Positions 18,318-27,376 of a DNA stretch of 40,080 bases are shown here, piece after piece. Numbering within the stretch: position 1 is the first letter of the stretch; each line of letters starts with the position of its first letter. The notes under the pieces were generated by a model, which saw only the letters and a list, made by a program, of their open reading frames with translations, was not told the origin of the DNA and did not search any database. Source of the stretch: a virus (taxonomy: Duplodnaviria; Caudoviricetes). The stretch covers positions 1 through 40,080 of IMG/VR virus record IMGVR_UViG_3300017700_000307; one strand, given 5' to 3'. The translations under genes were made by a program, and so were the position numbers.

Positions 18318-18410
18318 CAACAAAATGAACCCACCCCACACACCCCGCTCCAACGCGGTCGGTGGGGTTAGCGGCGGTGCAAACGAAGGTAGCCGGCTGC
18401 GTGGGTGGGA

Positions 18411-18968
18411 TTAACCCGCCGCAAACGGTACATCACTCAGCTCATCATTGAGCTTGCTGCGAACTACCTTGGGTGGACGCACAGTCTCAACCACGGCCCC
18501 TGGAAACGATTCTTTCGCCGCGGCGATCAGCGGATGATTGCGGATGACGCTGGCGATCTCGTCCAGCGACCATATCTGCCCCTGGCGCCCGCCAAGGTCC
18601 ACACGACCCGCATCGGCAATATCCCGAACGAGGATAATCAATTCCTCATCCACGCCGACGGTGAATTCCCAATGCTCCGGCTGGCCGGGTTCGCCATGCG
18701 TCGCTGTCGCCAGTTCGTCCAGCTTGGCATAGGCTCGCAACATCGCGTCACCGTGCTTGCGAACGTCCTCAAGATTGAGGTCGAGAGTAGCCGCGGAAAA
18801 CTTGCGCCGCTGTACCCGAAACTTCTCCCCCAACTCAGGTGGGACGATCGTGGTTAGCCTGCCGATCCCCCAGCGCTGGTCCATCTCCCGCCCCCGCCGA
18901 TCCACCGCCCGTACGATGACATCCATCTGCTCAAGTTCCTGGTGAGCCGTCATTGGTGCGCCGATCAT
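18411..18968 (-). CDS. Hypothetical protein downstream of primase-helicase
   Basis: Start re-assigned to ATG 18968 (GGAG RBS; MIGAPMTAHQ...). Confidence 0.6.
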   Translation of the reverse strand: MIGAPMTAHQELEQMDVIVRAVDRRGREMDQRWGIGRLTTIVPPELGEKFRVQRRKFSAATLDLNLEDVRKHGDAMLRAYAKLDELATATHGEPGQPEHWEFTVGVDEELIILVRDIADAGRVDLGGRQGQIWSLDEIASVIRNHPLIAAAKESFPGAVVETVRPPKVVRSKLNDELSDVPFAAG

Positions 18969-19058
18969 GTCCGTTCTCCGTTGTCTGTTTAGCGTTAAAA
19001 ATTCCCCGTCACCGGAGCGGGGCAGAGCCATGAAGGCCTGCCCCCGTAGGGGGTGAGG

Positions 19059-19260
19059 TTCCGGTTCCGTGAACCTCCGTAACATTATCTAGCAATTACA
19101 GTAGCTTCTGAGCGAAGTTCCGGGACTTCCGTGAACTTCCGTGAAGAGACTTCCGGGACCAGACTTCCGTGAAAAAACCTAGCAATTTCAACGCTCCCGG
19201 AACTCTAGTTCCGTGAAACGGAAGTCTCTTCACGGAAGTCTGTTTTTGAACCTCCGTAAA
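19059..19260. repeat. Iteron-like repeat tract, putative replication origin
   Basis: TTCCGTGAA at 19065, 19127, 19137, 19165, 19209, inverted at 19229; TTCCGGGAC x2; 21-bp inverted repeat 19135-19155/19219-19239. Confidence 0.7.
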
Positions 19261-19274
19261 GGACGCTTTACAAA

Positions 19275-21332
19275 TTACCAGTCTTCCGGGCGCTTCAAAA
19301 CGCACAGACCCTTGCGCTTTGTATCACGGTCGACAGTGGCTTCCTCGATAATATCGGCCTGCTGCCAGTCGCCCAAAATGGTCTTTGCAAGCTCATCCGA
19401 TATGCCGAACTCAGTGAACATCCAGCCGGGAAGATAGCGCCCTTGAGCTTTCGTCTGTGGGCTAACTGACCAAGGTTTTTTACGTAGCCAAGCGGCGTCG
19501 ATCTCTTCCAATAGGCGGATGCACTGGTGCTTGCTAAGGCCGCGAGATTGCGACGAAGCAGCCTCGACCTTGACTGGAATGAGCGTGCTATCTGGCTTAT
19601 CGAACCCTGCCGCCCACTCAATTTTCTTCAGCTTGAAATTGATCTGCGGCGCTTCCTCTGCGTCCTTTTGCTTCTCGGTTTTCAGTACCGCGGTATCGCC
19701 GTTCTTTGTCACCTTTAGCGATGCGTCACACGCGCCAAGCAGCACGGTGGATCCGCGCATACCCTTTTCTTTGTCCTTGCCCGAGTGATGCACGCCGATG
19801 ACCGCGCCGCCTGTATGGATCTGCACGTCGCCGCAAGCAGCGACAAACAGTGACATCGACTCCTGACCGTTCTCGTCCTGCCCTGCGAGGGCGCGTGATA
19901 CGGTATCGATGATCGTCAGTCCTATCGGGAAGCCGGCGCGTGCCTTAGCCGCATCAATGGTCCTACAAAGCTTTGCAATGTCCTTTGGCTCCAGCATCTG
20001 TACGGCGACAGGAAGCAGTAGGAATGGGGCGTCTACGCCTTCCATGGCGTATTCCCTCCGCCAGCCCTTTACTCGCTTGCCCAGCCCCCTGGCGCCCTCG
20101 CCTGCGATGTACAGAACGCCGGTCTGCTTGGTATCTACGCCGTGCCAGTCCATCCCGAATGCGATGCGCAACGCCATATCCAAGGCTATGAAGCTCTTAC
20201 CGGTGCCGGGGTCGCCATAAATGATCGACAAACCATGGTCGGTTATCATCTCTTCGATCAGCCACGTCGGCGGCGGCAATGCCTCCAGTTCGTCAAGATC
20301 CAGCAGCGAGAAAACGCTATCGCCATCTTCGCGGTTGGCCTCTTCGCGTGCCACGTCATCCTGTGGCTCGGGGATGGACCACTTATCGCGAGCGCTTTTC
20401 AGCGCTGAAACCATTTCACGAAGCGTTTGCTCGTGCGTGTATCCTGGCAACGTGATGCCAGCGCCAAGGCCAAGAATTTCAGCGTCGGTGCGTCCGGTCG
20501 CGACAAGATGAGCAACCATGCGAATCATGGAGTTATGCCAGTTATCGCCGGATCGACATGCGCCAATAAGGTCTGCAACCCGCGTGCGCGTAGCCATTGC
20601 CGATAGCGTGGTTTCACCGGTTGCGATCGACTGGGCTTGAGCCTCAACCATCTGCTGACGTGGCGGAAACGCCTGAGCGATCATCTCGGGCGTGACAGGT
20701 CCGCGCTCGCTGGCGAAGTCGGTTCGGACGTTCGTAAGCTCCATCCTATAGCCGCGGCCTAGCTTTTGCTGCGTCGGGTAGTTAACCGTGCCGCCAAGGC
20801 GCATGATACGGGCAGGATTGATAACCGCGTCACCGTCGAGCGTCTGAGCGATACCGCGTTGCGCCTCGGTCCACGCAGCCATATTGCCGATGGGATCTTC
20901 CAACTGCCAGTAGAAGTGCGGACGGTTGTTCGGAACCGTGCCCGTCATCACGATCATAGTGGGGCGCAGCGCTAGGTTCTCGCGTGCCTTTACCACCGCC
21001 TCTTCGCGGTCAAGGTCGGCAAAGTGGAAGAACGCAATCTCAACGTCTTTGTCTGATGACCGGCGGCGAATATCCATTGACCCCTTGCGAGGGTTGACGC
21101 CGACATAGACGTTCTGCCCTTCACGGTTGCAGCGAGCGGCGAACGCGACAGCATCTGCGATGCGCTCGTCCTTCATGCCGAAATAGGTTGCGTGGTCAGG
21201 CTTATCCTGGCCGTGGCATATCTCAATCAACCCGTCCGGATACTGATCTCGGGCGGGGAGAAACAATGCCTCCAAATGTGATTTGATTGCTGCGGTATCT
21301 GGCTCTATGATAGGACTAACCACGGTTTCCAT
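19275..21332 (-). CDS. Primase-helicase (RepB-like primase + AAA_25/RepA-type helicase)
   Basis: N-terminal VYVGVNP, FADLD, HFYW and RIMRLGG; Walker A GDPGTGKS, IIDT, VHHSGKD...RGST; start re-assigned to ATG 21332. Confidence 0.85.
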   Translation of the reverse strand: METVVSPIIEPDTAAIKSHLEALFLPARDQYPDGLIEICHGQDKPDHATYFGMKDERIADAVAFAARCNREGQNVYVGVNPRKGSMDIRRRSSDKDVEIAFFHFADLDREEAVVKARENLALRPTMIVMTGTVPNNRPHFYWQLEDPIGNMAAWTEAQRGIAQTLDGDAVINPARIMRLGGTVNYPTQQKLGRGYRMELTNVRTDFASERGPVTPEMIAQAFPPRQQMVEAQAQSIATGETTLSAMATRTRVADLIGACRSGDNWHNSMIRMVAHLVATGRTDAEILGLGAGITLPGYTHEQTLREMVSALKSARDKWSIPEPQDDVAREEANREDGDSVFSLLDLDELEALPPPTWLIEEMITDHGLSIIYGDPGTGKSFIALDMALRIAFGMDWHGVDTKQTGVLYIAGEGARGLGKRVKGWRREYAMEGVDAPFLLLPVAVQMLEPKDIAKLCRTIDAAKARAGFPIGLTIIDTVSRALAGQDENGQESMSLFVAACGDVQIHTGGAVIGVHHSGKDKEKGMRGSTVLLGACDASLKVTKNGDTAVLKTEKQKDAEEAPQINFKLKKIEWAAGFDKPDSTLIPVKVEAASSQSRGLSKHQCIRLLEEIDAAWLRKKPWSVSPQTKAQGRYLPGWMFTEFGISDELAKTILGDWQQADIIEEATVDRDTKRKGLCVLKRPEDW

Positions 21333-21390
21333 TCTTTTCACTCTTGCTGTGGTTCTGCGATGTTTCGAACAGATCGCGGGGGTTAGTAAC

Positions 21391-21430
21391 AAAGGACCGG
21401 AACCGCTTCGCCGCTGGTTCCGGTCCTTTT
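21391..21430. terminator. Intrinsic terminator-like hairpin (possibly bidirectional)
   Basis: AAAGGACCGGAACC / GGTTCCGGTCCTTT 14-bp stem with T-tracts. Confidence 0.7.
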
Positions 21431-21433
21431 CTT

Positions 21434-22057
21434 TTAGAACTCTACGTCATCGTCCGATGCGGCAGGCGGCGGACCTACGTGGCCCGACGTTGCGGCAGGC
21501 GCCGGAGCAGGTGCGGGGGCTGGCGAAGGTGCAGCCGCCACGGTTCCAGACATTTCCTTCGGGCGATCGGTCCAGGACACGATCTCCAGCTTCGGGGCGT
21601 AGTTAGTTCCGTGCTTGTTCGTGATAGGCGAAACACTCGCGCACTTCACCACAGGAACCTTGCCGGGGTTAGCACCCTTGCCCGCTTCCCATGCGTCATA
21701 AAGGCTGTTCATGGCCTCGATGACCGCGCCGGCAGTGGACGAGAATTCACGCAGGCCCTGAAGGTTCTTCTCGCTGAACGCCAGCACTTCGAACCCGCGC
21801 TTGAAGCCATCACCTGGCTTTGCCGCTGCCTGAGCAAGTGACGGATCAAACGTCTTAGATGGCGCCACCCCTGCGGCGAACAGGAACCAACCGGTCTTGA
21901 TATTCTCCAGATCGAACATCGCGGTCATGTTAGTGACCTCGAACTCCTGTCCGTCCTGCTTGTCTTCCTTCGTGTACCAGCGTCCAGCTTTGGCGTTATA
22001 TTTCAGGAACGGAGTGAAATTGCCGTCACCGGTGGCGGGGTTTGACATGAAGCCCAT
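21434..22057 (-). CDS. Putative single-stranded DNA-binding protein
   Basis: 207 aa; Pro/Ala linker and acidic tip DDDVEF; between nuclease and primase. Confidence 0.55.
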   Translation of the reverse strand: MGFMSNPATGDGNFTPFLKYNAKAGRWYTKEDKQDGQEFEVTNMTAMFDLENIKTGWFLFAAGVAPSKTFDPSLAQAAAKPGDGFKRGFEVLAFSEKNLQGLREFSSTAGAVIEAMNSLYDAWEAGKGANPGKVPVVKCASVSPITNKHGTNYAPKLEIVSWTDRPKEMSGTVAAAPSPAPAPAPAPAATSGHVGPPPAASDDDVEF

Positions 22058-22058
22058 T

Positions 22059-22502
22059 TTACATTTCCTCGTTATTGTTTTGCGACGATAAGACGCGCCG
22101 CTCGCCAGCCGCTACCTTGCGGATTCCTTTAGCCCAGCCTTTGCCTGGACCGTTACATTCGACCTTCTCGCGAGATGCGCGGCGTATTCCAACGCGCGGA
22201 TTGCGACCTCTAGCAAGTTGGTCTTGCATATTCTCTGCTTGCGTACCCCAGCGTAAGTGGCGGGGGTTTACGCATGCCGGATTGTCGCAACTATGAAGCG
22301 CGAACAAATCCTTTGAAGGGCGGGGGCGACCGTCAATCTGCAATGCGACGTGCGTTGCTACGACTGGCCTTCCCCCCTCATTCATAAAACCATATCCAGT
22401 TTTCATCTTGGCACCGGTCCATTCGATGCACGCTTCTGTATCAGTAAGCGTGACAAAGAATGGAAACCGATCCGCTGCGGGGGTGTGGCGTCTGCTGGTC
22501 AT
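22059..22502 (-). CDS. Free-standing HNH endonuclease
   Basis: CIEWTGA..GYG and HSCDNPACVNPRHLRWGTQAENMQD. Confidence 0.85.
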   Translation of the reverse strand: MTSRRHTPAADRFPFFVTLTDTEACIEWTGAKMKTGYGFMNEGGRPVVATHVALQIDGRPRPSKDLFALHSCDNPACVNPRHLRWGTQAENMQDQLARGRNPRVGIRRASREKVECNGPGKGWAKGIRKVAAGERRVLSSQNNNEEM

Positions 22503-22505
22503 ACA

Positions 22506-22537
22506 GTTTGTATCTCACGTACAAACGCTACTGTCAA
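22506..22537 (-). promoter_or_regulatory. Leaderless-type promoter with overlapping palindrome
   Basis: TTGACA-N17-GATACA-N6-ATG; GTTTGTA-N7-TACAAAC. Confidence 0.5.
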
Positions 22538-22540
22538 TGG

Positions 22541-23302
22541 TTAGCCCCAAATCTCTCTTGCTACGGACTGCGCTGAAGCGTCACCCCAATAGAAACTGGA
22601 CATGTCGGGTTCGAAGCAGCGTGTAAGCGCTTCGCTATCGTCAGACAATGATAGAAAGTTTTCAATCGCCTTGGCCGTGCGAGTAAGCCTCGCAATGTGC
22701 ATCGCGACGTTCTCGACTGGATACACCGCGATCTTGGCTTTTGACACGTACATCATGCGGGTCTGCATATTGCCGTTTGACGATAGCGTGTAGATCGAAC
22801 CCTGGCCGTTGTGAGCATCGCTGATCTCGCTCGGGATGCGCGCCGTGCTTTTCAGATCGCCAATGATGCCGTGCCTGGACCACTTGAAATCGAGGTAGCC
22901 GATCGTCGGGATCGGCACGCCCGGCAACGTCACTTCGATCTTGTGCTGCCGACCGTCATCCGGTTTGTCGGGAATCCCGTACTGACGAAGCTCGGCAAGC
23001 GCGACCGCAACCGACGGTGCAATCGTCTCGCGCTCTTTTTCAATCCGGTGATCCGCCGAAAGTCGCGTCAGCGTGTGGAATTTGGCAAGCGCCATTTCCT
23101 GCGCTGCCTCAACCGGCATTTCTGGATCGAACAAGCCAGCCTCAACGCCGCACTCAATCGACGTGCCGCGATGCGCTGCGGGGCCTACACCAGTCCGCTT
23201 TTTCATGAGGTAGCTGCTCGCCCACATTGCAGGGGACGCGACGAACAGGTTCAGATGAGAAGCGCTCAAGTGATGAATATTGTGCTTTTCAAAGGCGTTC
23301 AT
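22541..23302 (-). CDS. PD-(D/E)XK exonuclease-like protein
   Basis: HLSAS, RGT..E, IGYLDF and GDLKS motifs. Confidence 0.75.
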   Translation of the reverse strand: MNAFEKHNIHHLSASHLNLFVASPAMWASSYLMKKRTGVGPAAHRGTSIECGVEAGLFDPEMPVEAAQEMALAKFHTLTRLSADHRIEKERETIAPSVAVALAELRQYGIPDKPDDGRQHKIEVTLPGVPIPTIGYLDFKWSRHGIIGDLKSTARIPSEISDAHNGQGSIYTLSSNGNMQTRMMYVSKAKIAVYPVENVAMHIARLTRTAKAIENFLSLSDDSEALTRCFEPDMSSFYWGDASAQSVAREIWG

Positions 23303-23841
23303 GCTGCGCCCCTTCCGTGGTTTGCGTGAAAATCATAAGAGGCATTTGCATCCTTTCGAGCCTGGACCGCATCGTCGTAAGACGAGAAGCGCCCTAGGTT
23401 TTTCTTGATGCCGCCAACGATGATCTGCGAACACCACTTGGAATTGACCTTATCCCAATACACACCGATTGAACCCGACGTGTTGTGAGAGGGGATCTTT
23501 ATGTTCCGCATGTTCTCCGCTGCCGAAACGGACGACAGATTCTCGATACGATTATCCAGTCTATCGCCGTTGGCATGGTCAATCACCTCTGGCCATTCGC
23601 CGTGATGCAGCGCGTAGGCTATGCGATGAGCGTAAAGATACGACCCGACAACCGCCACAAGCCTGTAACCGGACACCTTGTTAACGCTGCCAGCCTGTTT
23701 GCCAGCAAAGCGCGTGTTCCAGCTCTGATACCTAACGCCGTTCTTGAACAGCGCCGGGTCGCGAGGCTTCCACACAAGTTCGCCAGTTGCTGGATCGTAA
23801 TCAAGCAGCGAGCGAAGTTCGTCTATTGATACGGCGCTCAC
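23299..23841 (-). CDS. HNH endonuclease with C-terminal AP2-like domain
   Basis: YDPATG, AHRIAY, IDHANGDRLDNRIENL, NTSG.IGVYW...LGRF. Confidence 0.88.
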   Translation of the reverse strand: MSAVSIDELRSLLDYDPATGELVWKPRDPALFKNGVRYQSWNTRFAGKQAGSVNKVSGYRLVAVVGSYLYAHRIAYALHHGEWPEVIDHANGDRLDNRIENLSSVSAAENMRNIKIPSHNTSGSIGVYWDKVNSKWCSQIIVGGIKKNLGRFSSYDDAVQARKDANASYDFHANHGRGAA

Positions 23842-24059
23842 TTTGCTTTCCTCTTTCGTGCCATGGCGACGGTTGCGGATAAAACAGAGGCGTTCACACG
23901 CCCCTTAGTTTCAGCCTCGACCTTCAGCGCCAGATCAGCCGGCCATTCGGTTGAATGACGAAGCTGGGACAGCCTGCCCTTCGAAATACCGATAGCCGCA
24001 CTGAGCGCGGTTAGCGTCGGTGCGCCCTCTGCGGTGAGGTATGTATCAAGCGTTGCCAT
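23838..24059 (-). CDS. Cro-like HTH regulator
   Basis: 73 aa; LTALSAAIGISKGRLSQL...ALKVEAETKGRV. Confidence 0.7.
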   Translation of the reverse strand: MATLDTYLTAEGAPTLTALSAAIGISKGRLSQLRHSTEWPADLALKVEAETKGRVNASVLSATVAMARKRKAK

Positions 24060-24065
24060 GTAGTT

Positions 24066-24094
24066 TGTTTAACTCCGCTATACACGAATGGCAA
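24066..24094 (-). promoter_or_regulatory. Leaderless-type promoter of Cro-like gene
   Basis: TTGCCA-N17-TAAACA-N6-ATG. Confidence 0.5.
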
Positions 24095-24107
24095 GCGCAA
24101 AAGTTTA

Positions 24108-24131
24108 GGGGCGCAGAACTTTCTGCACCCC
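24108..24131 (-). terminator. Terminator-like hairpin after GapR-like gene
   Basis: GGGGTGCAGAA/TTCTGCGCCCC stem on minus strand. Confidence 0.5.
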
Positions 24132-24164
24132 TTCACGATTTTTACGATGCGTAGCCGTAACGAA

Positions 24165-24422
24165 TTACAGCATCGCATACTGCATCCCGAGGGCGGAAAG
24201 GTATGTCTCCAGGACCGATATTTCTTCCTGTACCTTGCCCTTGTCCTTCTTGCGCATAGCGATGATCGTCTTCATCGCCTTGGTGTCGAACCCACGGCCC
24301 TTGGCCTCCTTGAAAACATCCGTGATGTCTTCCGAGATGCCAGCACGCTCTTCGGCCAAGCGCTCGGCGCGTTCGATCAAAAGGCGTAGTTCGTCGGCAG
24401 CTACGTTTGCAACATTGCTCAT
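24165..24422 (-). CDS. gapR: GapR-like (DUF2312/UPF0335) DNA-binding protein
   Basis: ELRLLIERAERL.EE...I.DVFKEAKGRGFDTK.MK.II.MRK.D...EE..LETY..ALGM; GAGG RBS. Confidence 0.85.
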   Translation of the reverse strand: MSNVANVAADELRLLIERAERLAEERAGISEDITDVFKEAKGRGFDTKAMKTIIAMRKKDKGKVQEEISVLETYLSALGMQYAML

Positions 24423-24459
24423 TGTCATTTCCTCTTTCACTCGTTGTAGAACTGGGTAA

Positions 24460-24825
24460 TCAGCCGATTCGAATAACCACGCGCCCCGGCTTCTCAGGCT
24501 CCATAAACCGGTACGTGGCACGAAAGCGGCGATCGTTGACGTTCAGGCCGTCGGCTATGCCGTCGCGGGCTGACTTGATTGCACCGACCATTCCATCATC
24601 GTCACGATGGCGCCTGTCTGGCGGGTAGAACTCGACATCGAACGGGATCTTGTCGAGGCCGGCGAGAATGACAAAGTCAGCCTGGGTAGGCGTGCATCGC
24701 TCCGCTATGGCCTTAGCCGTGTCGCGCTGTGATTTTCGCTGTTCGGTAAAGCTGGTCCAGTGATGGCTCTGGCGAAAGTTGGGAAAGACCTCTTTCACCG
24801 GCCAAGGTATTTCGAGTGTTATCAT
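24460..24825 (-). CDS. RusA-like Holliday junction resolvase
   Basis: FYPPDRRHRDDDG...K...DGIAD...NDRRF motif. Confidence 0.7.
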   Translation of the reverse strand: MITLEIPWPVKEVFPNFRQSHHWTSFTEQRKSQRDTAKAIAERCTPTQADFVILAGLDKIPFDVEFYPPDRRHRDDDGMVGAIKSARDGIADGLNVNDRRFRATYRFMEPEKPGRVVIRIG

Positions 24826-24921
24826 TGTGTCTCCTATGGCCGAACTCGCTAAGATTCCTCCGCGCGTTCGGCCTTGGGTTGAGAGGGAGGTGGTTAGGTT
24901 GTGGGGGAGGCGGGGGGAGCT

Positions 24922-25905
24922 TTAGACGGCATTTACCTTGCCGAGATAGAACCTCTTGGCGATGTCGGAGATGGGCTTACCCAGATCCTTGATCTCAAAA
25001 CCCGACGCCACAATGGTATCGGCGTCTTCCTTGGCAATGTCATTGAAAACCCAGCGAAGGAAGTGGCTGATAGATTTCATTTCGACGGCATGACCGAATT
25101 CCGATACATGCAGCGCCAAGCCCTGTTCCATCCGATTTTCGGTAACAAGAGTTGAAACCAGTTCGTCACGCAGCCGATATTGCTCGGTATCAACAGCCGC
25201 CAAGGTACGGACCTTGCTCGCCGAATGCTTTTCACCCTTTACCTTGAACCAATATCGGCTGCGCATGTCGCCATCAACCGGCATCCAGACAATGCCTTCA
25301 CCGATACCCGAATGTCCGAAAGACTTCGCAGCAGGGCATTCGGCTTCTACTGCCTCAGTCAGTTTTCCCAATTCATTCTGAACTAATTCAGGCCGCGCAA
25401 AATCAATCTCGCGCTTCCATTGGCCGAACTGAAGGATGTTGAAAATCCGCGCTTCTGGTCGAGCACCAACTAGCGCCACATCGCCCCAGTTATCGCCAAT
25501 GCGGACTGCAAAGACCGCGAATAGCTTTGGTTCGTTGGTAATACCGACACCACGCTGAATGCCAGCGCCGCACCATTCGCCGAATAGTGTGAGCATTTCG
25601 CCGTTGCCGGGGATTTGGCTGAAGATGCGCCGGATAATATCTTCATACTTCACCATGTGAGATGCAAAGCCGCTGTTGTCGTCCATTGGCGTGATGACCC
25701 GGGTTCGGCTACGATAGATCAATTCGCCATCTGGTGTTAGCGAGATGCCGGCGTTCGTGCCGTGCAGCTTCACCGTGCCGACATAAGTGCGCTTGCGGGG
25801 TTCAACGTTATGGTACGTGGCCCAATCGCGTTCAGCCTTTACCGCGTTGCGGAACTGGCCGATGGACGGGAAAAACCCAGTTTCAGCTTCTTCAACTTCG
25901 ATCAT
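24922..25905 (-). CDS. RNA ligase (Rnl2-like, 327 aa)
   Basis: TVKLHGTN, SRTR, FGEWCG, FAVF, GEGIVW and FKVKGEKHS, plus C-terminal helical domain. Confidence 0.8.
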   Translation of the reverse strand: MIEVEEAETGFFPSIGQFRNAVKAERDWATYHNVEPRKRTYVGTVKLHGTNAGISLTPDGELIYRSRTRVITPMDDNSGFASHMVKYEDIIRRIFSQIPGNGEMLTLFGEWCGAGIQRGVGITNEPKLFAVFAVRIGDNWGDVALVGARPEARIFNILQFGQWKREIDFARPELVQNELGKLTEAVEAECPAAKSFGHSGIGEGIVWMPVDGDMRSRYWFKVKGEKHSASKVRTLAAVDTEQYRLRDELVSTLVTENRMEQGLALHVSEFGHAVEMKSISHFLRWVFNDIAKEDADTIVASGFEIKDLGKPISDIAKRFYLGKVNAV

Positions 25906-25940
25906 TTCTTTTTCTCCACATTAAAAATTGATAGATAAAA

Positions 25941-26675
25941 CTAAGCAGCCATCCTCCGCAAAGCCCGCCCAGCCCGCTCAATAAGTTCACCATCGGTAAT
26001 TCCAACAGACCGCCCACAGATCCAGAACCGACCCTTAGTATCCTGCCTGCCCTCAGCATCGCAACGGACAACAGGTTTCCACCCATCTCGCTGCAAAACA
26101 CGCTGCGCCTCCCCCGCCGCCGAGTCCTCCTTATACCCGCGATCGACAGGCGCGGTCATGTAGCCGGGTTTGGCGATCTTCTGTGGTTTCTCCGCGGGTT
26201 GGCGGGTGAAGTCTACGGCGCGGACGTTGGCGTGTTTGGTGGGGCGTTTAAGCCGCTTCTCACGCACCCAACGCCGTACAGTGTTCTCGCTGGTCCCGTA
26301 GAGCGTAGCCAGAGCCGCTAGGGTGTTGACGGTCCACTGCTCCACGAAATCATCGGGGACAGGCTTCCTGGCGTACAGGCGGGGCTTTGCGACACCATTG
26401 CCGAGTTTATAGCGATGTGTGGCGTTCATCACCCGCTTGATACCGCAGCCGATCTTGGCGGCAATGGCGCTGTACGGATACCCAGCCACGGACATCTCCT
26501 TCAGGATGGCAAGGTCTTCGTCACGCCATGCCAGTTCGTATGCTGACATTCCGCACAGACGACGCCACCGCATAACGGTGTGCCGGCCTACATCATACAT
26601 AAGCATCTGCTCCGGCACCGTCTTGTGCAGGTGTTCGCGGAAATCGGCGGGGAGTGGGTTTTTGAGGGGGGTCAT
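25941..26675 (-). CDS. Multi-HTH protein with GcrA-like central domain
   Basis: WRDEDLAILKEM..AGYPYSAIAAKIG...VMNATHRYKL, flanked by two P.P.DF...TV.RW repeats; start re-assigned to ATG 26675. Confidence 0.55.
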   Translation of the reverse strand: MTPLKNPLPADFREHLHKTVPEQMLMYDVGRHTVMRWRRLCGMSAYELAWRDEDLAILKEMSVAGYPYSAIAAKIGCGIKRVMNATHRYKLGNGVAKPRLYARKPVPDDFVEQWTVNTLAALATLYGTSENTVRRWVREKRLKRPTKHANVRAVDFTRQPAEKPQKIAKPGYMTAPVDRGYKEDSAAGEAQRVLQRDGWKPVVRCDAEGRQDTKGRFWICGRSVGITDGELIERAGRALRRMAA

Positions 26676-27376
26676 GATTGCTCCATAGTAAACAGCTTTT
26701 CGACACCCTGCTTTGATCCGGTGTCTTTTGTCAGCGTGTTGTTTACGCGTTTTTCCCAAACGCATTCCCAGCCATCAGGCGCAGCGTATTCACTGACAAA
26801 TACGGTATGGCCTTCTGCAACCATTCGCTCGCACCAGCGCCAGAAAGCGGCATGGTCGAAAGCGCTGGTGGCGTATCTCGTAGTGCCCGCGTATGGTGGG
26901 TCGCAATAGATTATCGATGCGTCTGGTATGTCCAGTTCATCATAAGATCCGCAACGAAATTGAACGCCTGCAAGCCCCTTGGCCTGCTTGATCAGGTTAC
27001 GGGCGGATTCGGATGCGTAGTTGCGGGGTACACTATTAACGTCATCGCCCCTGGCATAACCACCGAACCATTTGCCGCTGTACGAGCAACCGAAGCCGAC
27101 AAAACCAATATGTGGTGTAACGTCACGCGCCTGTCGGCACATGGCATATTCTACCTCGCATACATCGTGCGGCGGTTGCCATCCTTTTGATGCTGCATCG
27201 AGCATAGCGATTAAGTGAGGATGCACGTCAGATCCTATGCGGTTACCATCAACTTTGTCGATCATGTTCGCTCCGCCAACGAACGGCTCAACATACCACT
27301 GCTCTGGCTTGCGGTCGGCAAGAATGATGGGCAGCAGTTCCTTAGCGTGCCGTGCTTTCGATCCCATGTATTTCAC
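26672..27376 (-). CDS. DNA adenine methyltransferase (Dam/D12 class)
   Basis: KYMGSK, EPFVGG and YCDPPY; GTG start at 27376 inferred. Confidence 0.88.
   Translation of the reverse strand: MKYMGSKARHAKELLPIILADRKPEQWYVEPFVGGANMIDKVDGNRIGSDVHPHLIAMLDAASKGWQPPHDVCEVEYAMCRQARDVTPHIGFVGFGCSYSGKWFGGYARGDDVNSVPRNYASESARNLIKQAKGLAGVQFRCGSYDELDIPDASIIYCDPPYAGTTRYATSAFDHAAFWRWCERMVAEGHTVFVSEYAAPDGWECVWEKRVNNTLTKDTGSKQGVEKLFTMEQS

Noticed and set aside
19059-19260. Possible CRISPR-like array
   Set aside because: Units are 9-12 bp, irregularly spaced and in both orientations, with no unique spacers and no cas genes
19096-19305. 69-aa ORF across the repeat tract, and the 5' extension of 18411..19085
   Set aside because: Translation merely reflects the DNA repeats; a better start with RBS exists at 18968
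22541-23302. Cas4 / CRISPR association of the PD-(D/E)XK nuclease
   Set aside because: No Fe-S cysteine cluster or array; context is recombination/replication
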